This document shows positions 19,805 to 29,286 of a stretch of 64,000 nt of DNA, piece by piece (position 1 is the stretch's first letter; the number at the start of each line of letters is the position of its first letter). The stretch is from an uncultured Actinomycetes bacterium. GTDB lineage: Bacteria > Actinomycetota > Thermoleophilia > Gaiellales > JAICJC01. The stretch is taken from NCBI GenBank assembly GCA_963709425.1, contig CAVPWG010000005.1:856030-920029 (forward strand), in the 5' to 3' direction. The notes under the pieces were generated by a model. It worked only from the letters and a program-made list of their open reading frames with translations, was not told the DNA's origin and did not search any database. A program made the position numbers and the translations under genes.

Positions 19805-21728
19805 TCATGGGGAGCCGACGAACAGCCCGCGGCCGGTCCACACCTGGCCGTCGCCCGCAGCGGGTCCGCTGACGGCCGTCTCGGTGCCTGCCACCGGCGC
19901 CCCGGCGGCGAAGTCCATCGCATAGAGCGAGCCGTCGCGAACGTAATAGACGTGCCCACCCGCCGCGGTCATCCCGCGGACCGCGCGCCAGTCCAGGGTT
20001 CCGGGGACGACGAACCGCTGGGCGCCGATGAGCCGGCCCTGCGGCTCGAACCAGCGCCAGAAGAGATGTCGATCGCCGTTCACGGTGTAGTAGAGCCGCC
20101 CGTCGGCGTAGAACAACCCCGTGAGCTTCGACACCGGCAGCCGGCCGGCGGTGAGGCCGTGCAGGTCGATGGTCTTCGGCGTGCCGGCGGCGGTGCCGTC
20201 GAAGCTGCGCACGTCGATGTGGCCATTGCTCCAGGCGAGGTACAGCTGGCCCGAGAGCATGAACGCGCCGCGGATGCTCGCCGAGGCGAGGCCGAGGCCG
20301 GTGACGGCCGTGGGGGCCCCGGCGACCGCGCCGTCGAAGGAACGCCGCATCGGCGTCGCTCCGGCGCCGACGGTGTAGAGGTCTCCGGGGAGGGCGCCCG
20401 GGGCTCGCCGGCGGGATGCTCTTCCCCCCGGCCAGCGGCAGGAGGGCGAGGCGGGGGTGGTAGGCGAAGTCGACGTAGTCGGTGTCGCTTCCGACCCAGA
20501 GCCCGTCGGGCGTCCCGAGGAAGGCCCACACGCCGGAACCGCGCGGGTAGCGGCCGGGGTTCCACGCGTATGGGAGGCCGTTCTGGGGATCGAGCGCAGC
20601 GATGCCCATCCGGCTCACGGCGCCCGGCCCGGCGGCATCACCGGCGAACGGGTTGTTCAGGTAGCGCTGGTGGCCGCCCACGTAGACAGCCGACCCGGTC
20701 GCGGCCACCTGGGTCAGGCTGTCGCCGCCGGTGTAGTCCACCCACGTCGGAAGCTGCCCGGGGCCGGTGGCGCCGCTCTCCCACCGCTGCACGGAGTCGC
20801 ACAGGACGCCGGCGTTCGCTCCGCCGAACCACGCGCCGGTGTTCGCGACCACGAAGTACGAGCCGTCCGGCGCGAAGCTGACGTCGCGGATGTAGGTATC
20901 GAAGCGGGTCGCGCACGCGGGCGTGAAGGCGTCCGTCTGCCACGACGACACCGAGGCCGGGGTGGTCGAGAGGTCGATCAGGGCGATCTGGGCGCGATCG
21001 AGGCCGTCGACCTTCGTGAACGTCCCGGTTGCGACCAGCTCGGTGCCGTCGGGGCTGATGTCGAAGTGGGCGACGCGCAGCTTGCCGGCGCGCTGGTCGG
21101 TGAAGTTGAGCGCCACGTTCGGGTCGACGGCACCCGTCGTGGCATTGACCACGGCGAACCGGCCCCGCGCGACGCCGTTCACGGACGTGATCGCGCCGCC
21201 GATGTAGAGCCTGTTCCCACGGACGTCGGAGTCCTCGACCCAGCTCCCCATCAGCGCGGCCTGGAAGCCGGGCACGATCGCGCCGTTGGCGAGGCTGAGC
21301 TTGACGAGCCGCTTCTCGGGTTGTCCGTTCACCGTGTCGAACGTGCCGCCGGCGAAGACCGACGCCCCGTCGGGCCCGGCCGAGAGCGTGCTGACCTCGC
21401 CGTTCGCGACCGTTGGGGCGAAGGCCGGGTCGACCAGGCCCGTGGTCGCGTCGAACGCGAAGATGTCGGTTCGCTGGAGGACGTGCCCGCCGGTCTCCAT
21501 CACGCGGGTGAACTGCCCCCCGACGATGACGGTGTTGCCGACCTGCGCGACCGCGTTCACGACGCCGTCGAGCACGGCCGGTGTTCCCTCAGCAGGAACC
21601 TTCGACACGACGCCCGGCTGGGCCGAGTTCAGAGCAGCCGCAGGCGAGGCGCCGACGAGCAGCACCCCCGCGGCGATCGCGAACAGTCGGCGGTACATCC
21701 AAGGTCTCCTGAGAGCAGCGTCCAGCAC
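19805..21728 (-). pseudogene. Secreted beta-propeller repeat protein (delta-60/DUF5122-like GGxFTxVNG repeats), reading frame broken by a single-base shift near 20395-20430
   Basis: The N-terminal 440 aa of ORF 19779..21728(-) look protein-like (signal peptide MYRRLFAIAAGVLLVGASPAAA; repeats VGGQFTRV, AGGTFDTVNG, IGGAITSVNG, TGTFTKVDG). After ...LAGGKSIPPASPG the frame turns to junk. The sequence continues in ORF 19805..20350(-) as ...ALPGDLYTVGAGATPMRRSFDG. Span length is 3n+1. Confidence 0.7.
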
Positions 21729-21910
21729 TCGCTCATTCGAGCGTACTTGTGGTTTGTTCCGTGCGCTAGTGAACGACCAGCGTGCGGGGGACCGCGTTCC
21801 ACGCGACGGCGGATGCCCCGAACGGGGGACGTCGAGCGCAACGGCTTTCCGCCGATAGGGACCGGAGCGGCCCCCACCGCCTAACCGTCATTCCACTTCA
21901 GGAGATTCAT

Positions 21911-22540
21911 ATGACCCGTCGTCTCGGCTGGGCGTCTGCCCAGCGCCGCAAGCTGCTCGTGTCGCTTGCGGTCATCTCCGCTGCGGCCAGTGTCGCCGGC
22001 CTCGGCACCTTCGCGACGTTCACGAGCTCCACGAGCGCCAGTCAGAGCGTCTCGTCGGGCACCGTCACGATCGCGCTCGGCGCCACCGGCGCGTCGACCA
22101 ACCGGCTGACCGTCGGTGCGTCGAACATCGCCCCCGGCGACACGATCCAGCGCAGCGTCGACCTGATCGACTCCGGCTCGATCGACCTGGCCAGCATCAC
22201 GCTGACCACGAACGCGACCACGAGCTCGCTGCTCGACACCGACGCGACGAACGGCCTCCAGATGGTCATCGATCGCTGCTCGAACGCCTGGACGGAGGGC
22301 GGCACCGCGCCGGCCTACACGTACACGTGCTCCGGCACGACCTCGACCGTCCTCGCGAGCCGCGCGATCATCGGCACGAACATGGCCCTGAGCAACCTGG
22401 CGGCCCTGACGAACGGCGTGACGGATCATCTCCGCGTCACGCTGACCTTCCCGTCGGCTGCGCCGAACTCGTTCCAGAACCAGTCGTCGACCGTCCAGTA
22501 CACGTTCACCGGCACGCAGCGCGCCGGCACGAGCAAGTAG
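21911..22540 (+). CDS. TasA/camelysin-like secreted protein with a SipW-cognate-type signal peptide
   Basis: ATG 21911 is preceded by AGGAGA. The N-terminus KLLVSLAVISAAASVAGLGTFATFTSSTSASQSVSSGTVTIAL parallels B. subtilis TasA (GGGTWAAFND...ASGTLDL). 209 aa, Thr/Ser-rich. Confidence 0.75.
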   Translation: MTRRLGWASAQRRKLLVSLAVISAAASVAGLGTFATFTSSTSASQSVSSGTVTIALGATGASTNRLTVGASNIAPGDTIQRSVDLIDSGSIDLASITLTTNATTSSLLDTDATNGLQMVIDRCSNAWTEGGTAPAYTYTCSGTTSTVLASRAIIGTNMALSNLAALTNGVTDHLRVTLTFPSAAPNSFQNQSSTVQYTFTGTQRAGTSK

Positions 22541-22562
22541 GTAGGTAGCACCGAATCGAGGC

Positions 22563-23237
22563 GTGGCGGCTCCGGCCGCCACGCCTCCCGGTGAGCTCCG
22601 CGCCGTGCACACCGACACCCCCCGCACCCAGCCCGGCCCGACCTCGACCCCGGTGGTCATCGCCGTGCCGGCCGCAGTCGAGCCGGCGGCGACCGACGAC
22701 CGCGGCCGCCGGCGCACCGTCGGTCGCACGCTCGCCGGGATCGCGATGTGGGTCGTCCTCGCGCTCGCCGTGCTCGTCCTGGCGACCGTCACGCTCGGCC
22801 CACGCCTTGGCCTGTTCCAGGTGGAGACGGTCCTCTCCGGCAGCATGGAGCCGCGCTTTGCAGCGGGCGACCTGATCGTCGTCAGGCCGGAGCCGCTCGA
22901 GGACGTGCGCGCCGGACAGATCCTGAGCTTTCACGCGCCGACGCCGGGCCACCGCGTCGAGACGCACCGCGTCGTCCGGGTCATCGATCCGGGCCCGCAC
23001 CCGATCATCGTGACGAAGGGTGACGCCAACTCCGCCCCCGATCCGTGGCGCGCGCGCCTGCACGGCACGACCGCCTGGCGGATCGTCGGCGTCGTGCCGC
23101 ACGCCGGCTCGGTCATCCGCACGCTGCGGGAGCCGTGGGTGCACCTGATCGCCGTCCTCCTCGTGCCGCTCCTGCTCGCCGCCGCGGCGCTGCGGTCGAT
23201 CTGGCGCCCAGCGCCCACGGCCGGCGAGGCCGGATGA
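22563..23237 (+). CDS. sipW: Signal peptidase I, archaeal/SipW type (S26 family)
   Basis: 224 aa. Catalytic Ser block LSGSMEP and KGDANSAPD block. N- and C-terminal TM segments. The GTG 22563 start is uncertain (Pro/Thr-rich N-terminal extension). Confidence 0.8.
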   Translation: MAAPAATPPGELRAVHTDTPRTQPGPTSTPVVIAVPAAVEPAATDDRGRRRTVGRTLAGIAMWVVLALAVLVLATVTLGPRLGLFQVETVLSGSMEPRFAAGDLIVVRPEPLEDVRAGQILSFHAPTPGHRVETHRVVRVIDPGPHPIIVTKGDANSAPDPWRARLHGTTAWRIVGVVPHAGSVIRTLREPWVHLIAVLLVPLLLAAAALRSIWRPAPTAGEAG

Positions 23238-24112
23238 TGCGCTCGGCCCGGATCCTCGCGGCCGCCCTCGCGATCCTCCTTCTGGCCGGGACCGCCACCG
23301 CGATCGCCGCGTTCACCAGGGCCGCCTCCGCGTCCCAGACGGTCTCGACCCGGAACCTCGGCGCGCCGACCGGGCTCACGGGAGTCCCGTCCGGCCACGA
23401 CGTCAACCTGTCCTGGACGGCCGGGACGAACGGCAGCGGCTATGCCATCGCCGCCGCGGCCAACGGCACGTCCTCCAACTGCACGGCAGCGTCCTTCGCG
23501 GCGCTCACGACCACCGCCGGCACGACGGTCACCGACACGGGCCGGTTCACTCCGCAGGGCACGTTCGAGTGCTATCGCGTCACGACGACGTTCGGCGCCT
23601 GGTCGAGCCAGACCGGCAACCCCACCGTCGCCGTGCGGCTCGGGGTCGTCGCCCAGTCGATCGCCGTCGCCAACGGCGGCACGGCGGGGCGGTTCGGCGC
23701 GGGCGACACCATCGTGATCACCTTCAACCAGGCGATCACGACGGCGAGCGGCCCGGCCGCCGCCAACAACGTCTGCACCAACAACGGCGGCACCATCATG
23801 CTCGGCGTGACGGGCACCGGCGGGACGTGCCCGACGACGTCGGCGACGACGATCGGGACGCTGACCTCCCTCACGATCAACCGCGCCGCCCGCTACAACG
23901 CGACCTACGCCTGGTCGGCCGGGAACACGGTCCTCACGGTCACGATCGGGTCGCGCTCGGCAGGCGCCCAGGATCCGACGATCTCCGGCACGGCGATCTA
24001 CACGCCCACGACGACCGCAACGGGACTCCTGTCCCAGACCGGCTCGTTCCACGCGTGCAGCTCGAACACCGGCGGCGGCAACTGCACGCCGACGGCCACC
24101 GGCAGCTTCTGA
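23234..24112 (+). CDS. Secreted protein with a second SipW-type signal peptide and an FN3-like segment
   Basis: ATGA overlap with the sipW stop. The N-terminus MMRSARILAAALAILLLAGTATAIAAFTRAASASQTVST resembles the signal of the upstream TasA-like protein. Followed by PTGLTGVPSGHDVNLSWTAGTNGSGYAI (FN3-like). Thr/Gly-rich. Confidence 0.7.
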   Translation: MMRSARILAAALAILLLAGTATAIAAFTRAASASQTVSTRNLGAPTGLTGVPSGHDVNLSWTAGTNGSGYAIAAAANGTSSNCTAASFAALTTTAGTTVTDTGRFTPQGTFECYRVTTTFGAWSSQTGNPTVAVRLGVVAQSIAVANGGTAGRFGAGDTIVITFNQAITTASGPAAANNVCTNNGGTIMLGVTGTGGTCPTTSATTIGTLTSLTINRAARYNATYAWSAGNTVLTVTIGSRSAGAQDPTISGTAIYTPTTTATGLLSQTGSFHACSSNTGGGNCTPTATGSF

Positions 24113-24121
24113 GTCTGCGTC

Positions 24122-25270
24122 CTAGCCCACGAGCGCGACGCTGTAGTCACGCCCGCCGGCGACCTCCTCACCGGTCGTGACGTTCGCGACGCGCACGGGC
24201 GCCCGACGGTCGGTCTTCGTCCCGTCGCCGAGCTGGCCGAAGTCGTTGTCGCCCCACGCCCAGACGCCGCCGCCGGATCCGACGGCCAGCGTGTGCAGGC
24301 GCCCGGTCCCGATCGCGACGATGCCGGCGATGGAGTCGAGCCGCACCGGCGTGCGGCGCTCGACGCCCGTCCCATCGCCAACCTGCCCGAACGAGTTCTG
24401 CCCCCACGCCCACACGTGGCCGGCTGCGCTCAGCGCCACGCTGTGGTCGGCGCCGGCGCTGACCTCGACGATCTTCAGCGTCGTCGGCAGCGAGACGCGC
24501 ACGGGCGTCGCCCGGTTCGTCGTCGTGCCGTCGCCGAGCTGGCCGTAGCGGTTCCAGCCCCAGGCCCAGACGCTGCCGTTGCTCTTGACGGCCAGGGAGT
24601 GGTCGCGGCCGCCGGCGATGGCGACCACGTTCGTGAGGCCGCTCACGCGCACGGGCACGCTGCTGCGCCCGTCGGAGCCGTTCCCGAGGTTCCCGAACTC
24701 GTCGTCGCCCCACGCCCAAACCGTGCCGTCGGACTTGAGCGCCAGCGCGTGGTCGCGGGCACCGGCGATCTGGGTGACACCGGTCAGGGTCTTCACGCGG
24801 ACGGGCACGTGCCGATTGGTCGTCGTGCCGTCGCCGAGTTGGCCGAGGTGGTTCCAGCCCCAGCTCCACACCGTGCCGTTCGTCTTGAGCGCCATGCTGT
24901 GGTAGTGGCCGGTCGAGATCTGTTTTACGTCGGTCAGCCCGGACACCTGCACCGGGACGTTGCGGTTTGTGGTCGTGCCGTCGCCGACCTGGCCGTAGTT
25001 GTTGTGCCCCCAGGCCCAAACGGTGCCGTTCGTGCGCAGCGCGATGACGTGCTCACGCCCGCCGCGGAGCTGCTTCACGTTCGCGAGGTTGTGGACGGCC
25101 TGCGCGGTGGTGTGGGCCGAGAACGACCCGTTCCCGAGCTGGCCGTCGGCGTTGTCGCCCCAGGCGACCACGGTACCCGGCGGCGCGGCCTGGGCCGGCC
25201 CGGACAGTGCCCCGAAGACGAGAACCGCTCCGCCGACCCCGAACAACCTCCGTGCACCGCCGTACCGCAT
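24122..25270 (-). CDS. Secreted RCC1-repeat (seven-bladed propeller) protein
   Basis: ORF 24122..25294(-) trimmed to ATG 25270. Signal peptide, then about 7 repeats of VWAWGxNxxGQLGDGTTTNRxxPV. Confidence 0.85.
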   Translation of the reverse strand: MRYGGARRLFGVGGAVLVFGALSGPAQAAPPGTVVAWGDNADGQLGNGSFSAHTTAQAVHNLANVKQLRGGREHVIALRTNGTVWAWGHNNYGQVGDGTTTNRNVPVQVSGLTDVKQISTGHYHSMALKTNGTVWSWGWNHLGQLGDGTTTNRHVPVRVKTLTGVTQIAGARDHALALKSDGTVWAWGDDEFGNLGNGSDGRSSVPVRVSGLTNVVAIAGGRDHSLAVKSNGSVWAWGWNRYGQLGDGTTTNRATPVRVSLPTTLKIVEVSAGADHSVALSAAGHVWAWGQNSFGQVGDGTGVERRTPVRLDSIAGIVAIGTGRLHTLAVGSGGGVWAWGDNDFGQLGDGTKTDRRAPVRVANVTTGEEVAGGRDYSVALVG

Positions 25271-25359
25271 GCCGCCCCCTTCCCCGCTCCCCACAGCGGA
25301 ACGTCAACAGACCAAGTCGAGGATAACACGGAAGGCAAATTCGCAAAGGCGCCTGCGCT

Positions 25360-26331
25360 CTAGGACGGGTGAGCGGCGGGCACGACCCGGGTCGCCGTCG
25401 CCTTCCAGACCGCGACAACCTTCACGCCGGGCCGGATCGCCAGTCGCTCGACCGATTCGGGCGTCACCTCGGCGACGAGGCCGCCGAGCGACACCCGCGC
25501 CCGGTTTCCGACGACGACGACCCGCTCGACCCGGACCGGGAGCCGATTCAGGGCCGAGTCGCCGTCGCCTCCGGCGTCGCCCAGCGCCAGCGTGATCTCC
25601 CAGGGCGCGATGAGCACGGCGACCGGCCCGTCCGCGGGATCGGTGGTTCGAACGGCCCCTCCGCGGTCGAGCCGAACGGTGGTTCCCGCGGCAGTGCCCG
25701 TGAGGTAGTTGATCCCTGCGAACTCGGCGACGAACGCCGACGCCGGCGCCTCGACGACCTCGGCTGCGCGACCGCGCTGGACGATCGCGCCCCGGTCCAT
25801 GACGGCGACCTCGTCTGCGAATATCACGGCCTCCTCGTAGGAATGGGTCACGACAATCGTCGGCACGGCGGCGCGCTCGATCACCCGCGCCAGCTCGGCG
25901 GCCACCCCCGACCGCGTTGACGGGTCGAGAGCGGCGAGCGGCTCGTCGAGGAGAAGAACCTGCGGGGCGATGGCCAGCGCACGTGCCAGGGCGACCCGCT
26001 GGCGCTCGCCGCCGGAGAGGCGCCCGGGCCGCGCGCCCGCGAGATGCCCGATCGAGAGCCGTGCAAGGATCTCGTCGACATCGGTGCGGGCTTCGAAGGC
26101 CACGTTTGCACGCACGGACATGTGCGGGAAGAGGGCGTATTCCTGGAACATGAACCCGGCGCGCCGGCGCTCGGGCGGCACCCAGACCCCGTCACCCAGC
26201 CAGCGGTCACCGTTGCACTCCACGACGCCGGACGCCGGCCGCTCGAGGCCTGCGATGAGCCGCAGCAGCGTGGTCTTGCCGGCGCCCGACGGGCCGATCA
26301 CCGCGAGCGTGCCCGCGACCTCCACCTGCAC
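25360..26331 (-). CDS. modC: Molybdate ABC transporter ATP-binding protein with a C-terminal TOBE/Mop domain
   Basis: Walker A GPSGAGKTT, signature LSGGERQRVALARA, Walker B LLLDEP, and a C-terminal TOBE-like region. The first canonical start is GTG 26331, but conserved N-terminal residues (LIHPLRDFTLDV) are encoded upstream. A CTG at 26364 overlaps the modB stop. Confidence 0.85.
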   Translation of the reverse strand: MQVEVAGTLAVIGPSGAGKTTLLRLIAGLERPASGVVECNGDRWLGDGVWVPPERRRAGFMFQEYALFPHMSVRANVAFEARTDVDEILARLSIGHLAGARPGRLSGGERQRVALARALAIAPQVLLLDEPLAALDPSTRSGVAAELARVIERAAVPTIVVTHSYEEAVIFADEVAVMDRGAIVQRGRAAEVVEAPASAFVAEFAGINYLTGTAAGTTVRLDRGGAVRTTDPADGPVAVLIAPWEITLALGDAGGDGDSALNRLPVRVERVVVVGNRARVSLGGLVAEVTPESVERLAIRPGVKVVAVWKATATRVVPAAHPS

Positions 26332-26360
26332 GTCCAGCGTGAAGTCGCGCAGCGGATGGA

Positions 26361-27209
26361 TCAGCTGGGCGCGAAGCGCGGCAGCCTCCCGCGTGCGAGC
26401 AGCTTGGCCGTGAGCAGGACGGCTCCGCTGATGACGATGAGCACGGCGCCAAGTCCGTAGACGTCGTCGAAGCTCCCGCGCTCGAAGCCGAGGTAGATCG
26501 CTATCGGGGCCGTCTGCGTGACGCCCTGGAGGCTGCCGGCGAACATGATCGTGGCCCCGAACTCCCCCAGCGCACGCGCCCAGCCGAGCGCCGCCCCGGC
26601 ACCCAATCCGGCGGACGCGAGTGGAACCGCGACGCGAAGGAACACCTTGCCCGGTCCGGCACCGAGCGTACGCGCCGCCGCGAGCAGATCGCTGTCGACC
26701 GCGGAGAACGCCGCCTCGGCCTGGCGCAGGTAGAACGGCCCGGCGACGAACGTCATCGCCATCACCACTGCGGCCGGTGTAAAGGGGAGCTGGATCCCGA
26801 GGGCATCGAGCTGGGAGCCGAGCATCCCCGTTCGGCCGAACGCGGCAAAGAGGCCCAGGCCGGCGACCGCAGGCGGCAGCACGAGGGGGAGCTCGAACGC
26901 CGTCGACAGAGCCGCCTTTCCCCGAAACTCGTGTGTCGCCATCCAGTAGGCGACCGGCGTGCCCACCACGAGCATCGCTGCCAACGACACCGCCGAGAGC
27001 TCGAGCGAGATCCGCAGGGCGGGCTTGGCCAGTGGCGAGCTCAGGCCGGCGCTCAGGTCGCCCTGGCGCAGGATCCCGATCAGCGGCAGCAGGAAGAACG
27101 CGGCCGCAACGACGACCGCGACGGCTGTCGCTACGTGGAAGGCGGAGGCCCGAAGCCGAGATCCTGCAGAACCTTCTGGCCGTCCGGTCCCGTTACGAGG
27201 TCGATCCAC
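26361..27209 (-). CDS. modB: Molybdate ABC transporter permease
   Basis: 282 aa. Permease EAA-type loop (AARTLGAGPGKVFLRVAVPLA) and GEFGATIMFAG. ATG 27209 overlaps the modA 3' end by 79 nt. I saw no alternative ATG/GTG/TTG downstream. Confidence 0.85.
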   Translation of the reverse strand: MDRPRNGTGRPEGSAGSRLRASAFHVATAVAVVVAAAFFLLPLIGILRQGDLSAGLSSPLAKPALRISLELSAVSLAAMLVVGTPVAYWMATHEFRGKAALSTAFELPLVLPPAVAGLGLFAAFGRTGMLGSQLDALGIQLPFTPAAVVMAMTFVAGPFYLRQAEAAFSAVDSDLLAAARTLGAGPGKVFLRVAVPLASAGLGAGAALGWARALGEFGATIMFAGSLQGVTQTAPIAIYLGFERGSFDDVYGLGAVLIVISGAVLLTAKLLARGRLPRFAPS

Positions 27210-27925
27210 TGTTGAGCCGCCTGGGTCTCTTTGCTGGCCGACATGATGCCGATCGGATACACCGCGGTCGCCTGGGCCTTCGCCGGAAGCTCGATGCGCT
27301 TCACCTTGTCGCCCGCGGAGTTCGCGTCGGTGACGTAGACGAAGCCGGCGTCGGCCTCGCCCAGCTCGACCTTCGACAGCACGGCCTTCACGTCCTGCTC
27401 CTTGCTCACGATGTTGAGGTCGGACTCGGAGATCCCGAGGTTCTCGAGCACGGTCTCGGTGTACGTGCCGACCGGCACGGCCGGGTCGCCGATGACGAGC
27501 TTGGCGCCCTTCGTCAGGTCCTCCGGGGTCTTGATGTTGGCGGGGTTGTCAGGAGGCACGATCAGGATCAGCGTGTTGGTTGCGAAATCGGTCGTGTCGC
27601 CGAGCAGGTTCTTGCCCTGGAGCTCCTCAGGGTACTTCGGGCTGGCCGCGGCGTAGACGTCTGCCGGCACGCCCTGCTCGATCTGCGCCGCGAGCTGGTC
27701 GGAGCCGGCGAAGTTGAGCTGCACCTTCCAGCCGGGGTGATCCGACTGGTAGGTCTGGGCGAGCTGGGTGAAGCCCTCGGTCAGCGACGCCGCCGCGAAC
27801 ACATTCAGCGTTCCGCCCTTGGGCGTCGACGCACCGGACGACCCACCGCCGGAGTCGCTCCCGCCGCATCCCGCCGCTGTCAGCACGGTGGCGACGAGGA
27901 TTCCGAGCATGGTCCTTCTGCGCAT
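27131..27925 (-). CDS. modA: Molybdate-binding periplasmic lipoprotein
   Basis: ORF 27131..28243(-) trimmed to ATG 27925 (MRRRTMLGILVATVLTAAGC lipobox). ModA-like LNVFAAASLTEGF and YVTDA blocks. Confidence 0.85.
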   Translation of the reverse strand: MRRRTMLGILVATVLTAAGCGGSDSGGGSSGASTPKGGTLNVFAAASLTEGFTQLAQTYQSDHPGWKVQLNFAGSDQLAAQIEQGVPADVYAAASPKYPEELQGKNLLGDTTDFATNTLILIVPPDNPANIKTPEDLTKGAKLVIGDPAVPVGTYTETVLENLGISESDLNIVSKEQDVKAVLSKVELGEADAGFVYVTDANSAGDKVKRIELPAKAQATAVYPIGIMSASKETQAAQQWIDLVTGPDGQKVLQDLGFGPPPST

Positions 27926-27927
27926 CG

Positions 27928-28311
27928 TCACGGCCTCCCGATCATCACGGATGTCGCTTTCACGGTTGCCACCGCCGGAACCCCCGGCGCCAGCCCGAGC
28001 TCCTCGACCGCGTCGCGGGTCACGATCGAGACGACCTGATACGGGCCGGCCTGGATCACGACCTGGGCGACGACGCCGGTCACCTCGACCGACTCGACGA
28101 TGCCCTCGAACCGGTTTCGCGCCGAGAAGGCATCGCCGGCGCGCGTCGGCAGGTGGCCGCCCAGCCGCTGGATCTCGTCGACCGACACCAACCGCCGGCC
28201 GCGCCGGTCGCGCTGGGTCTGGAGCCGGCCCTCGCGGTCCCACCTGCGGAGGGTGTCCAGGCTGACGCCAAGCGCCTGCGCGGCCTCGCCGATTGGCATG
28301 ACCTTCGCCAT
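27928..28311 (-). CDS. MerR/excisionase-type HTH fused to a Mop (molybdate-binding TOBE) domain; putative molybdate-responsive regulator
   Basis: 127 aa. HTH MPIGEAAQALGVSLDTLRRWDREGRL. The C-terminal SARNRFEGIVESVEVTGVVAQVVIQAG...ATVKATSVMI is Mop-like. Stop is 2 nt before the modA ATG. Confidence 0.8.
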   Translation of the reverse strand: MAKVMPIGEAAQALGVSLDTLRRWDREGRLQTQRDRRGRRLVSVDEIQRLGGHLPTRAGDAFSARNRFEGIVESVEVTGVVAQVVIQAGPYQVVSIVTRDAVEELGLAPGVPAVATVKATSVMIGRP

Positions 28312-28325
28312 GGGCGCAGAACCCT

Positions 28326-28350
28326 AACGCATAGGCATTGCCTATGCGTT
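28326..28350. promoter_or_regulatory. Perfect 12-1-12 palindrome, candidate operator of the mod operon
   Basis: AACGCATAGGCA-T-TGCCTATGCGTT read directly, 15 bp upstream of the regulator start codon (28311). It is locally AT-richer than its surroundings. Confidence 0.55.
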
Positions 28351-28558
28351 GACCATGGGAGAGCGTGGTGGTCGGTGGTCGGTGGTCGCGGCCGTGGCAC
28401 CGTTGGCGCGCTCACCGATCCGGATCGGCCGCAGGGAACTGCTCGGTGGGAGGCGGGCGTCGTGCCGCGCACAACGGCAGCCTCGGTCGCCGCGGGGCGC
28501 GGCGATCGTCATCGCCTACGCAGCGGCCGCGCTCGTGCTCGTCTCGGGCGGCGCCTGA

Positions 28559-29188
<630 letters not shown>

Positions 29189-29286
29189 GGCTCACCTCGT
29201 TGGGTCGGAATCTGGGCCTCCCATGGTACTCCCGCCCGCAGGGGAAAATTGATGCGTGTTTTCCAGGCTAAAGGCGGCGGTCGCGC

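Noticed and set aside
28351-28558. About 200 bp of unassigned sequence upstream of the mod operon. I considered a Moco riboswitch or the small ORFs 28349..28558 and 28365..28562. The region contains a (GGTGGTC)x3 microrepeat at about 28366-28388.
   Set aside because: I cannot reproduce the Moco-motif consensus or secondary structure from memory well enough to support a call. The ORF translations are Arg/Gly-rich junk. A covariance-model scan (Rfam RF01055) would decide.
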